Source: Eledone cirrhosa (lineage: Eukaryota). Taken from it: a stretch of 64,000 nucleotides of DNA. Below, in pieces: positions 1 to 12,516 of the stretch. The stretch spans positions 220,720,001 to 220,784,000 of the forward strand of contig OZ024743.1 in assembly GCA_964016885.1 (NCBI GenBank), given 5' to 3'. A program made the position numbers and the translations under genes. Positions within the stretch are counted from its first letter, which is position 1. The number at the start of each line of letters is the position of its first letter. The notes beneath the pieces are model-generated. The model saw only the letters and a program-made list of their open reading frames with translations. It had not been told where the DNA came from and did not search any database.

Positions 1-8
1 TATATATA

Positions 9-101
9 TTTATTGAAATAATAGATTAAAGTTTAAGCAAAGAATCGCTGCTCTCACCCTTAACGGTATCTTCTGATATATATATATATATATATATCAG
101 A

Positions 102-107
<6 letters not shown>
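9..107 (-). mobile_element. Fragment of TA-embedded fold-back family A (probably PLE-derived)
   Basis: Same sequence as 7905-7970, 13722-13836 and 59428-59445; ends in ATCTTCTGA-(TA)n-TCAGAAGAT palindrome. Confidence 0.6.
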
Positions 108-173
<66 letters not shown>

Positions 174-1021
174 AGATATATATATACATATATATATATA
201 TATTATATATATATTTTTTTTTTCTTAAGTATGTATACTGTCCATGTGTATTATTATTATTAGCTCACGTTTTTTATCACCAATACGAGACTAAGAAAGA
301 AATTAAAACATGATCATACTAACATATTTAGAGTGAATAGAAAAGCACAAGTATATTGAGAGAAATTATTGGAGGGGCTTATGCCCCACAAGCTCCTTAC
401 TACCGGAAGGCTTGCATATATATATACAAATATTCCTTTTCTTTATCACAGGGGAAATACAACAAAAGATTATGTCTTGCTGACCCGCCGCTCACATTTT
501 TACTACTTTTTAATACTACACAGCCCTCACTGTTCACTTGTGGACTGCGTCAGTCCCTTATTATATTGCTTATTCTGTTTTTGAAAGCGACGATTTGGCA
601 GTATTATCAGGGCGTCGGACAGAATGCTTTGCAGTATTTATTCCATTCAACTTTGTCTTTGATGCCTTCGAGGTCGATACATAAATTACCTCTCTAATAG
701 TGAGGCAGATTCGTCTCTTCTTCCTAACTCCTTACTCTCTCTCTCTTCCTCTCTCCTTTAATGATAGCTGGATGTTTTCATATCTGAAGAGAGATGGACT
801 CTGCTAGGTTTAAAGGTGCCCCTACGACTCAATCCTGAATTAAGGGCCTAATCATCATCATACTGACATGAAAGGGCTGGGGGGAGCGCTCTTCATGATG
901 CATGTGCATACAAATAGAATCCCGCAGTCTGAATATGGAGAGAAGAAAAAATATCAATTAACTCAAGTTTTCCTCGCAATTTCAAGAGTGGAACACCCTT
1001 TACGATTATTAAGGTTTAGAG

Positions 1022-1185
1022 AAGTCATTGTAAAACTGCGGTCCGCGAGACGCATGCGACCCGTTTGGCTTCCAGAATGGCACTCCTAATTTCAAAATTG
1101 CCTTGAACTTTTTAGTAGTACGGCACGCCTTTTAATGAGCCACATCCTATGCAGCCTACTGCTCGAATAAAGTCGCCCATCCCTG
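1022..1185. mobile_element. hAT (Charlie/MER45-like) MITE
   Basis: Exact 8-bp TSD GTTTAGAG at 1014-1021 and 1186-1193; right end AAAGTCGCCCATCCCTG; left subterminal AACTGCGGTCCGCGAGACGCATGCGACCCG resembles Charlie-type GCGGCCC motifs; left TIR decayed. Confidence 0.8.
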
Positions 1186-2179
1186 GTTTAGAGTTAGATT
1201 TAAGTTTAGAAAACTCCTACAGCAATGACTGTTCAAATTCTGTAACTTATTTCTAGTTTATTTCACGGAAATCATCTGCTTCCCTCACAATGTAGCCCGC
1301 ATATCGATCACTAAATACTTTCCTCTTCAAAATGTAGAGTATTTGATTTAAAGTTTACACATATTCCCAATTTATCACAATTTGAAGTGGAAATTGCACA
1401 CCAAATTTAAGGGTTTCTTAATTAAGTAGAGGCAACGCATTTCGTTTCAACGATAGCATTCTATCAAAATTCCTTGTAAAATAAGTATATAAACAAGAGC
1501 ATCATGCATATTTTACGTCTATGCAATAGGGGAAGACATACATTGCTTGTATCATTTGCAAAGGCGTTAATTCTGCGAACAGATCTGCAGAGAAGGCCAC
1601 TAAATGACTTTGTTTTGTAAGAGCTGATCCGTGGGTGGTTGCTGATGGAATACGAATTAGGATTAGCTCAACCACAATTGGTCATCTAGGCAAGGTTGTA
1701 TGATGGCATTCAATGACTCGAGGTCACATCACTGATAATGTGTCCTAGCACATCTACAAGGGTGTATCTTGTACATTAGTAGAAAGTCAAACTGACTGCT
1801 GGGAATAGAAGCAAACCAGCACACAATACCACACCAATCAATTCACCATAAACTAAAGATTGAATGTTCATATTCTTTTCAAATCAAGCGCCAGTATGAC
1901 TGTAAATGACACAGTAGTTACAACAAGAAATAGAAACTGATTCACGTCATCCAGTGCTAACGATTCCAAGCTTTAACTGAATGACAATAATATTTATGCA
2001 AGTACATTTAGATAATTTATAAAATCATTTATATATCCACATTAATCTAAAAATCTAAAAGCTTTTAGCTTCTATAGATAAACAGTAGATAACCTTAGCA
2101 GTCTATTAGAGTTTTACATCTATTCAGCTCTCTCTCTCTCTATCTTTCTTCCTCTTCTCTCTCTATATATATCTCTCTC

Positions 2180-2279
<100 letters not shown>

Positions 2280-2300
2280 AATATATAAATAAATAAATAA

Positions 2301-2346
<46 letters not shown>

Positions 2347-2348
<2 letters not shown>

Positions 2349-2852
2349 CGTTTCTGAATTTGTTTAGCAAGATTCTTTATCTGAAAACGTGTGTTGAAAC
2401 CGATATTGTTATACTTTGAGAGGGTCATGTTGCCGATTTAGGAATTTATAAATTTCCGGTTGGTTGGTTGGTTCCACAACCAAACGATTGTTCATATATT
2501 GTCAATTCTTTCGCCACACATTCTGTGACCTCTTCAGTAACTGGGGATTCCTTTCTTTGTTTTTGTGCCTCTCCTTTGTTCTGTCCTACGCCATCTTGTC
2601 AAAAACAAGATGGCGTAGGACAGAACAAAGGAGAGGCACAAAAACAAAGAAAAGAATCCCAGTTACTGAAGAGGTCACAGAATGTGTGACGAAAGAACAT
2701 TGACAATATATGAACAATCGTTTGGTTGTGGAACCAACCAACCAACCGGAAATTTATAAATTCCTAAATTTATAAATTGAATTTATAATAAATTGAAGTG
2801 AAAGCAACTGGTGCGTGTGTTTCTTATTGGCAACATGACCCTCCCAAAGTAT

Positions 2853-2860
<8 letters not shown>
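2347..2860. mobile_element. Fold-back element family B with hammerhead-like core in each arm
   Basis: Arms ~2436-2599 and ~2605-2770 near-perfect reverse complements around a CAAAA loop; outer arms 2403-2434/2829-2860; (TA)n on both sides; second family member at 59141-59391. Confidence 0.8.
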
Positions 2861-2917
<57 letters not shown>

Positions 2918-3269
2918 GTTATGTAATGCATGTATGTATCAATATCTATCAATATATATATAAAATAGAAATACAATTCTAAAAATAGGCGGATGTTTGA
3001 CTTTATAATTAAGGTGTTCGCTTAATAAACACATAATCTCAGGGTTCAATTCCATGATGCGTCATGTGTCTTCTACTGTAGCCCCCTGTTGAAAAATGCC
3101 GTTAGTTGAATTTGGTAAATGAAATATATGTGGTAGTCAAACATATATAAATGTTCGTTTTTAAGATTTCCCCTTTCAAAAAAACGCTTTGCCTTGTTTT
3201 CATTCGTTGTATTCTCTTTGTTAATTTTCCTAAGTTTATCTTATATATATATATACAATATATATATAT

Positions 3270-3484
3270 CGATAGTCGATCGACTTTTCGTCAAATCGGA
3301 CCGACGAAACACTGTTTCCATTGGTCTTTCCAATTGCTAATAGCATCTATCGGTCGCAACTCCAGGTAGAAGGAGCAACATGAGCAAAAGTGTCTTGCCC
3401 AAGGACATAACACATCGCCCGGTTCGGGAATTGAACTCACGATTGCGAATCCAATTCTCTAACCACTCAGCTACGCGCCTTCAA
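3270..3484 (-). mobile_element. tRNA-derived SINE, family 2
   Basis: Reverse complement aligns to 18855-19071; A/B-box head and GTGTCTTGCCCAAGGAC conserved core. Confidence 0.75.
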
Positions 3485-4179
3485 TGTAATAAGCTTTATA
3501 ATTCCCATTAGTATAATTCTAGCTCTATTATTTTAGTGTATGCTAAGTTTTTTGAAATGATAGTTACTTAACGTAAATATTGAATTATGTAAACATTTTG
3601 ATTACTATTTTATGTTTCCGTAACTTTACCGTTTTACTTGCTATATTTAAATGTTATTTAAAACACCTTACGAAGCCATTGATTTACATTATGATGCTTA
3701 TGTATGCTTAACAAAACGATACCCATCACCGAATATTTTGTATTTAAAACACGTCAGTTTATTAATGAACACTAAAAAAAAAATTAATGTTAATCGGAGT
3801 TAAAGAAAGAAAGAAACAACATTTCTTCAACCTACGTATTGAATAACTATTGTTTCCGACAACAAATCCTCCAGTGTTTCTAACTGCGTTTTGTGTATTG
3901 AGCAACTATCGGTTTCAACAACAAATCCTCCAGAATGTCCAACAACGCAACAGTCAGCACCGTTAATATAGTTAATATAGTTCAAAGAAAGATTCAGTAT
4001 CTCGCCTTCCCAAAAGATCCAAGCTACGAATTCGTAATAGAGAAAGAATATTATAAAGTTACTTGAACGAACATATTACATCCTTAGCACCAATTTCTAT
4101 AAAATAATGTTAGATCTCTGTCGTTCCGATGTCCAGTGTTCTAGTTGTTCAAACAACAGAACAGTTACTCTTAAAATTA

Positions 4180-4352
4180 ACATGGAAGTGGATTAGCAGT
4201 CCACAGACACGTGCACCTCTAACGCAGTTTTCACCGAGATTTAGCGCGATATAGAGTATGATAATACTAACTTTTGGAATTACTGTTAATTTTTATTTTT
4301 TGCCAGCTGGAGCAAATAGACTGAAGCAACGTAAAATAAAGTGTCTTGCTTA
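4180..4352 (-). mobile_element. Degenerate SINE fragment
   Basis: AAATAAAGTGTCTTGCTTAAG core shared with family 2 SINEs. Confidence 0.45.
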
Positions 4353-4733
4353 AGAATCACAATAAACAACCATGAAACATACACTATAACAACGAAGTCA
4401 TCGATATTCACTCCTACACCCTTTACTCAAAGATAATGTTGAGTAGTAAAACAGTTTTAAATAATTCTCAGAATAAAAACAAGCTCATATTTATTGCTTC
4501 CTGAACTAAATTATGCATCATTGAAACTACTTTATACTCGCTTTTAAGTTTTTCTTTCTCTCATTCTATAGTTTTTGTCTATTTTATTGTTTTCGGTACG
4601 CAAATTTATTCATGTTAAATCGTTATAATATTGTTTTGGTCAAATATAAACAAACAAACACACACATACACAAACGCAAACACACACTCATTTATATATA
4701 TATATATATACATACATATATATACATACGTAC

Positions 4734-4768
<35 letters not shown>

Positions 4769-4775
4769 TACATAT

Positions 4776-4828
<53 letters not shown>

Positions 4829-4855
4829 CATACATATACATACATACAGACACAG

Positions 4856-4906
<51 letters not shown>

Positions 4907-5004
4907 GTGGTGGAACACTGGAAGGTAATATCCGTAGTGGTAGAGCACTCAGTCCGTGGGACGAGTTAGGTAGAAGTGGTTACACAACAGTTAGTTCACC
5001 ATAC

Positions 5005-5042
5005 CGAGAACAATTGTTTCACCTTAGCGGATCCTCAGCTCG
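5005..5042 (-). ncRNA. Minimal type I hammerhead ribozyme
   Basis: Minus strand: CGAG-CTGAGGA-T-CC-GCTAA-GG-T-GAAA-CAATTG-T-T-CTCG; intact core, palindromic stem III (ACAATTGT), 4-bp stem I, short stem II. Confidence 0.75.
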
Positions 5043-5203
5043 TAAAGGGCATGGTTATAGGAACAGGAAGTACAACCGTACGAACGCGCATGCGCAGAAA
5101 CCCGGTCACCTCACACATGCAATACTAGAATGCGTGTGAGAGGTGTAAGCGAGATAACTGCGAAAGTCCGAAAATTTTTAGTTGAAAATAAAATTACAAG
5201 GAA

Positions 5204-5922
5204 TCAGTCCGGAGCTTTGTAGTTATGCAATAGGTGTTTGGTGACGTGTGGACAACATGTGAAAAATTCATTTCTCGTGTTTAGGCAATCACTATTGCGT
5301 TATCTCTTTAGAATAGTTATTCGTTCGCAATACATAAGCCACACGTCGGATTTCCCCTTGCGTATGGCTTGGACTTAGTGATGGCTTTCCATTGGATGGA
5401 ATAGTCTATACTTGAGTCCTTGAGGGACCATACGTGGCTCGCGAGTCTCGTGGATGAACGTCTGTCCGGGTACCTGAAGGTAGACTGGTGGTTCAGGAAA
5501 CGTTCCTTAAATCGGCCCTCCGCCATGCCCACATAGGATTTGACCTCCTGTGGTTCGTTTGGTCGGTTGGAAGTGACCACAGCTTCATAAATTACAGCTG
5601 GTGTGTTGCATTGCTGTTGAAGGAGGCAAGCTTCGGGCTTACGGCAAGAGCACCCTGGCGGGGTGTTGCTCCTAGGGCTGCTGGTGATGTGGGCCTTCAT
5701 GTTCTTAGCGCAAGAGTATCTTAGTTTAACTTTGTGTCGGTTAAAGATGAACCGGTATTTATGACCTATGGGGAAGTGTCTATCTAAGAGGGCTAGAAAT
5801 TATTTTCCTACATTGGATTTAACGTTGAGTGAGAAGGGAGGAGAGAACCAGATAGTTTATCTATTGTTGCGCTTACTTTTCTTAATGGTGTTGTTGCTAG
5901 TGGGAGAGTAGGTGATAGGTTG
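5204..5922 (-). pseudogene. PLE polyprotein C-terminus: RT-EN linker plus GIY-YIG endonuclease, disrupted
   Basis: Minus translation: [47 protein letters not shown]...CSCRKPEAC...VIYEAVV...SYVGMAEGRFKERFLNH...SKPY...CGLC, then after a 1-nt frameshift LNTRNEFFTCCPHVTKHLL...*; several stops. Confidence 0.85.
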
Positions 5923-6142
5923 TTACTTAAATATAAGTATGTATACGTACATACATATATGTATACAGACGTACAGTAGTATGTATATATATATACATAC
6001 ATGCACACATATATATATATGTACGTATGGATTCACCGAACATTTATTATAATGCTCGGTGTGTTTGTAAACAAACATCCCGAATTAAGCCGTACAGTGT
6101 CTAGCAACCATCGTTGCTCATTTGTTCAACACTGACAAAGGA

Positions 6143-6185
6143 ACGTTGTACTAGTTTCAAGCTTATTAGCTATCGTCAGCAACGT
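6143..6185 (-). ncRNA. Minimal type I hammerhead ribozyme
   Basis: Minus strand: ACGTTG-CTGACGA-T-AGCT-AATA-AGCT-T-GAAA-CTAG-T-A-CAACGT; perfect 6-bp stem I, GUA cleavage triplet, palindromic stem III ACTAGT. Confidence 0.85.
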
Positions 6186-6309
6186 ATACCCACTCGATAT
6201 GCAAATTAGGCTGCTCAGCCGTTAATATGCATAAGGAAAGTATATAGCCGTTAATATGCATGAGAAAAGTATATACTTTCAGACGTTCAACCATCTGGCA
6301 GGAAGGTAT

Positions 6310-6352
6310 ACGTTGCTGACGATAGCTAATAAGCTTGAAACTAGTACAGCGT
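6310..6352 (+). ncRNA. Minimal type I hammerhead ribozyme
   Basis: ACGTTG-CTGACGA-T-AGCT-AATA-AGCT-T-GAAA-CTAG-T-A-CAGCGT; the one difference from the other arm keeps pairing as G-U. Confidence 0.85.
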
Positions 6353-7603
6353 TGCTTTGTCAGTGTTGAACAAATGAGCAAAGATGGTTGCTAGACACTG
6401 TACGGGTTAATTCGGGATTTTTGTTTACAAACACACCGAGCATTATAATAAATGTTCGGTGAATCCATACGTACATATATATATGTGTGCATGTATGTAT
6501 ATATATATACATACTACTGTACGTCTGTATACATATATGTATGTATGTATACATACTTATATTTAAGTAACAGCCGTACTAAGAGTGAGAAATGAAATTT
6601 CATTTCATTTTTTTTGTTTATATATATTATAGTAGGTAAAGTCAATTTTTTAAAATTTATTTTGAAACTTTTTCATTATTTGCTAAACCTTGTTTATATA
6701 TATATATATATATATAGTCGCATATATGTTATAGAATGCCGTTAGCTTCTTGCTAAAACAATCTCTATACGTCTCATATATATATATATACCGGTAAATA
6801 AACTTTTCAAATAATCTTTTTTGTTATCGTTTTTTATTCTTTATCGCTTTCTCATTCCTGATTTAATTCCTTCTTTATTCCGTTTTGCTCCTTTGTATTC
6901 CTTTGTTTTTATTGTATATATTTGAATATTTCAACATTTCATAATATATTTATAAAATATTTATAAGATTTTATTTTAAATATATTTTATTTTAAAAATA
7001 TTTCATCTTATGTAGGATACGAAATGCTAAATGTCCTGTTCAACTATGAATTTACTGATTTCAACACACAGTTATATACGCCGCATGACAGTACATACCC
7101 ATGCATGATAGCATGTTAAAGAGGACACGATAACAAACACCACAAGAGACTACCTGAAAAGAATATCATATTTTGAAATAAAGAGTTGAAAATATTTAGG
7201 TTACATGCTGAAGACAATAGGTTATTGTCATGAATGGACTCAGTAAGCTATAGTAAAAGTGTGTTGCAGTCACAGGGAAATATGGACGATATTTGTTGGC
7301 AAACCCATTAATCAATTTAAGTCTAGCATGGTCAAAAATGACTCCAGATACCCACATATTGAATAACTGCTTCAAACAATTAACATATTGAATCGACGTT
7401 TACAAGAAAGCTAGAGGAAACAAAGTAGTACTACCAGCATATGCTAAACGAACACATGCCACAATGAATGCGTCTCTGTCGTTGAACCATATCAACGACC
7501 ATATAATATTTCTTGTGCAACCTCTATTTAAATGTAAAATACACTCTATTATGTAATAACACAATCCTGTTCATTCCTCTGTGAGTGTGTGTGTGTGTGT
7601 GTG

Positions 7604-7730
<127 letters not shown>

Positions 7731-7904
7731 TTATATATATATTTATACATATATATATATGTATATATATATTTATATATATATATATATACACATCCAC
7801 TCACACGTCAATACTCATCTTTTTCCATTTCTCCGAGGGTTCTTAACCCCACTATAAAGCTAAATAATTTCTTTAATTTCTTTAGTCAAAATACGGCGAT
7901 AGCT

Positions 7905-8180
<276 letters not shown>

Positions 8181-8793
8181 TGTGTGTGTGTGTTTATATA
8201 CATCTGTGTGTATGTGTGTATGCGTGTGTGTGTGTGTTTGTATGTGTTTCAATATCTACACTTGGTCTGTATCCTAATTTATGTCCCACGACTTAGTTGT
8301 TCGATAAACAGCTACTTGGATTATTATGATTAACTAAATAAAGGCGATGCATCAGCATGACTAAAGTCAGGCGACTAAATCCAGTAAAGTAATAAACGAA
8401 TAAAAGTATATGAACCGTAATGATGTTGCTCACATATGTACACATAGGTATACGCCTGGAAATTTCTACTCCAAGGTACACTCCTGGGCAAGGAGCTTCG
8501 TGCAAAATCAGCAATCACCCACACATGCAGGCCCCCCTTCCACACACACAAACAAAGTGTTTATGTATTTGGGTCATATAAATATAATTTTAATTAATGA
8601 ATTTATTGAAACATCCACCGAGTTCTAATTCCTGTCTCGTGTATGTATTTCGGGGTTTGAGCCCCCTTTCTGAGGAAAGGAGATGAAATGTGATGATGAT
8701 AGTGAGTTTAGTAAAAGTAGAAAGAATGACTATAGCAATATAATATCACCAAGTACCTGACACCCAAGTATAAATATCATTTGTATTATTATT

Positions 8794-8980
8794 GGATTGG
8801 CAGTATCGGTAGAGGGTCGGGCGCCATGCTTTGACGCATAGAGTTACGGCCCTTGCCATTCTGAATTCAAATCCTGCCGAGATTAACTTTGCCTTTCATC
8901 CTTACAGGGTCGATAAAATAAAGTACCACTAATACACTGGGTAATTGCTGGCCTTGTGCCAAATGTAGAAACAATTATTA
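8794..8980 (+). mobile_element. tRNA-derived SINE, family 1 (OK-like, Nin-type core), short subfamily
   Basis: TTCAAATCCTGCCGAG B-box region, GCCTTTCATCCT..GGGTCGATAAAATAAAGTACCA core, (TTA)n tail. Confidence 0.85.
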
Positions 8981-9122
8981 TTACTATTATTATTATTATT
9001 ATTATTTGTTATTATTTGTAGTAGTAGTAGTAGTAGTAGTAGTAATAGTAGTAATTTATCTGTATACATTCTAACCTAGCTATAAACACACACAAACAGA
9101 CACACACGAACGCACAAACACA

Positions 9123-9193
<71 letters not shown>

Positions 9194-9208
9194 ACATACA
9201 CATATACA

Positions 9209-9271
9209 GTTAGATAGATAGAAGGATAGATAAATACAGATAGATAGATAGATAGAAAGATAGATGGGCAA

Positions 9272-9346
<75 letters not shown>
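9209..9346. repeat. (GATA)n microsatellite
   Basis: Directly visible. Confidence 0.95.
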
Positions 9347-9347
<1 letters not shown>

Positions 9348-11529
9348 GCCGTGTGTCGGTGTGTATGATTTATTTGGAAGGGTTGTGTGTGTATGAGGGA
9401 GATACGCTTAGTCTTCTCAGTCAGTTGTTAAATCAGAAGAGACTGGTTCAGCTAAATATAACCAGTAATAATAATTGATTTTCACCCTAATTGATGCTTC
9501 ACCAATCTCCCATGAAATCCTATCCTAAACACAATGCAATCATATTCTCCTTTCAGCCAATACATTCAACACCATCCCACACCATCCAACACAACTATCA
9601 CGCCACCAACACTACTATCAAGCTGCCATCACATTATCGCACCACCAACATCACTATCACTCTTCCGACACACTATAATACCGCCAATACCATTACCACA
9701 GCACCAAACGACTATCACCACTATTACACTACCATCACCACAGATACATAGTCACAGTTTCTACCATTACCATCGCCACATTTGAAATATAACCACATCC
9801 TCTAACTATTACCTCTATCACTAGCAGTAGCAACCACAATACAAAGAACTGCAGCAGTCCCACCATTTCTATCATAAACACAATTTAGCCAAAAATCCTT
9901 TATCATCTTTTCTTGCAATAAAAAGATAGCAAACAATTCCCGTTTTCCATTTCATATTAGATCTTCAACGTATTAAAAATCGACACAGCACTTCCATTAT
10001 TGAATACAAATCTGGGAGTTACTGTTTTATAAAGAAATTTAACTGGAGCTAACATGAACATTCCAGAACTAACTAAATATCACATTGTCTGTCTTACTGA
10101 ACTTTAGCGAGGTTTTTTAGTACTTTTTTTCCATTATTTTTTCCACGCATTCAAGTAAGAGAAATTAAACTTTTGTAATGTTACTTGCTGTATTTTCTTC
10201 CATACTTCACAATTTTAATGTAATATCATAGAATAAATGGGAACAATACCACGAGTATAAGTGAAAAGAACTGATATTATTTTCTCATTCACTCAAATGT
10301 CGTTATTGAATATAATTTTCCCTTAAATAGAATTTATATCCTCCATATTCTATTACTAATGTTTCCATCCATGTTGATTATAATTCGGTTTTCTGTGAAG
10401 CTAAACCTGCCAAAGAAGAAGGCTTGTTTCATCATGCAAATCAACTGCTATACTATCATTGGTTAAGCGCTGCCAGAACGCATTTAGTTGGTTCACTACT
10501 CCAATCCATCATCGTAAAATAGAACGAGCTTTCTCATTTTCTTCTTAAAAAGATTGATAACAGACATGTGTGTAACCATCGTATTTCACTAAAGAACTTA
10601 AAGATCTTACTATGTCACGGCAATCTATCTCAGTCTCGGAAAAACCATGTACAGTTTCAAATGAAACTAAATTCTATTTTATTCAATATGAACCACATTC
10701 CTTTACAGCATCACTCTTTATTTCCTCTTTGCAAACCCTTTTTAGTTTTCTCACACGAACTTGCCATTTGAACTCGGTTCTCTTTTCAAATGTATTAATA
10801 TAAAATTGTTGCAATGGCAGTGATATAATGCTTTCATTATATAACGTTCGTGAATAGCAGCAGACATGTTTACAAAGACACATTGCTCATATTCACAGTA
10901 AATTACACATTCTGATTATCTTTATTATGACTAGGCATGGACATTAACTGAATGGAAAATAAACTAAAATAGAGCGAAGATTGTAAATTAATGAAAGGCA
11001 TATTTTGGAAATCACTTTATGCAACTTATATTTTTACTATACAAATAGATTTTTTATGACTATTTATTTCCCTCAAACTAGCAATGTGTTAGATGCATTT
11101 TGACAATCAATGGCGATATTTGAAAGACGTACCTATAGATAATCATTCTGTATTTTATTTTGCTTTCCTACATTAACACAATATATATTGAATATAAAAT
11201 AATACGCAAAGTGAAATTAATACGGATCTATGCAGAGAAAATTCTATACTAGATATCTTTCACGTGAAATACTCAACCGTAAACATATGTCAGTTGTCTT
11301 CAATATGCTTGTCTTTTAATATGAAAATATGGAAGAGTGACACATATATAACATGGTAAAAAAAAGAAAAGGTCCTTAAATCTTGATGGTGTCGTAATGA
11401 CGCTACCATGGCACGTCCTGTGAATTAAACTTGACGGAGTCCACCGTGATCTAAGTCTCAAATATACCCGATTTCACCCAGAGAAGGAGAGAGAAAGAGA
11501 GACATTGGTAAACAGATATACAAGAGTTG

Positions 11530-11871
11530 AACAAATACTGGACTGGTACTTTATTTATCAACCTCGAAAGGATGAAAGGCAAAGTTGATCTCGAGCTAGA
11601 ACAAATAGCAGGGCATTTTAATCTGATACTCTATAGATTCTGCCATTTAATCACTCTCAAATAGGTAACATATTAAGTTGTAATACATCAATTAACCGAG
11701 ATTAACGAAGCAATTAATAAGCAATATCTTCTTTTGATTCATTTAACATTTACAATTTAACATTTTATTGGCGAATTGCTTGCGTTATTCGTTCAAGCTC
11801 TTTACTCTCTCTCTCAGTTTAAATCCCGCCGTGGTCAACTTTGCCTTTCATCATTGCGAGGTCGATAAAAA
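11530..11871. mobile_element. Two degenerate family 1 SINEs (11530-11645 minus; 11769-11871 plus)
   Basis: GGATGAAAGGCAAAGTTGA and AACTTTGCCTTTCATC..GAGGTCGATAAA cores. Confidence 0.65.
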
Positions 11872-12424
11872 GATTCTTCCTCTATATTACTTTCTCGCGT
11901 CGTTTCTCCCACTTTCTATCCATCTCTAGAAGAAATCTGTGGTATTCAGACCCGGAGAAAGATAGATGTCACCAGGTTTTAAAATACCCAAGAAACGCCG
12001 TATGACAATACGGCACCCTTACGACCCCAACAGGAGTTACAGGTCCATACCATACCATCTAAAATAACAAGCAAAGGAGATAACTCTAACAACATCAGTT
12101 GATTGAAGTTTTGGGACAATAAAGATGATAGAGATGGGAGTGGATCAATCTTTAAAGCCTATGGTAATGTAACCTGGAGAACGCCAACTGATGGACGTCT
12201 GCTCAAATGGGCATCGTGTACACTGTCCAAAAGTGTCAGTCCATTGATTTTATTGGAGTTATCGCACTTGCTTGTTGAATATATATTTTTAGAAACAGTT
12301 TTTGTCTACTAGTTGCTTACTTTACGTTCAATTAGTGTTTGTATTTAGTGTGCAGATAGCTCTCTAAAGGTCCTTTTATATTAACATATTTTTAACATGA
12401 TTCAAAATAGAGGCGTATATTGAA

Positions 12425-12516
<92 letters not shown>

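Larger units (their letters stand above)
4905..5922 (-). mobile_element. 5'-truncated Penelope-like retroelement (C-terminal GIY-YIG, 3' pLTR with hammerhead)
   Basis: Coding remnant 5922-5204 followed by 3' region with hammerhead at 5042-5005, ending in (TA)n. Confidence 0.85.
5921..6572. repeat. ~270-bp-arm inverted repeat (inverted pLTR-like), each arm with a hammerhead
   Basis: 5921-6190 is the near-perfect reverse complement of 6305-6572; 114-bp spacer contains a ~30-bp tandem duplication. Confidence 0.9.

Noticed and set aside
784-810. CTGAAGA plus short stem as a hammerhead
   Set aside because: No GAAA box follows
3836-3940. ~60-bp diverged tandem duplication
   Set aside because: Ordinary local duplication with no further signal
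7130-7400. KYLG motif suggesting an RT remnant
   Set aside because: Single short motif among stops
8640-8678. Minus-strand CAGAAAG-GGGG-loop-CCCC-GAAA motif
   Set aside because: First box deviates at several positions, no stem I/III, single copy
11930-12230. Possible very old LINE 3' fragment
   Set aside because: Only vague motif resemblance across frameshifts
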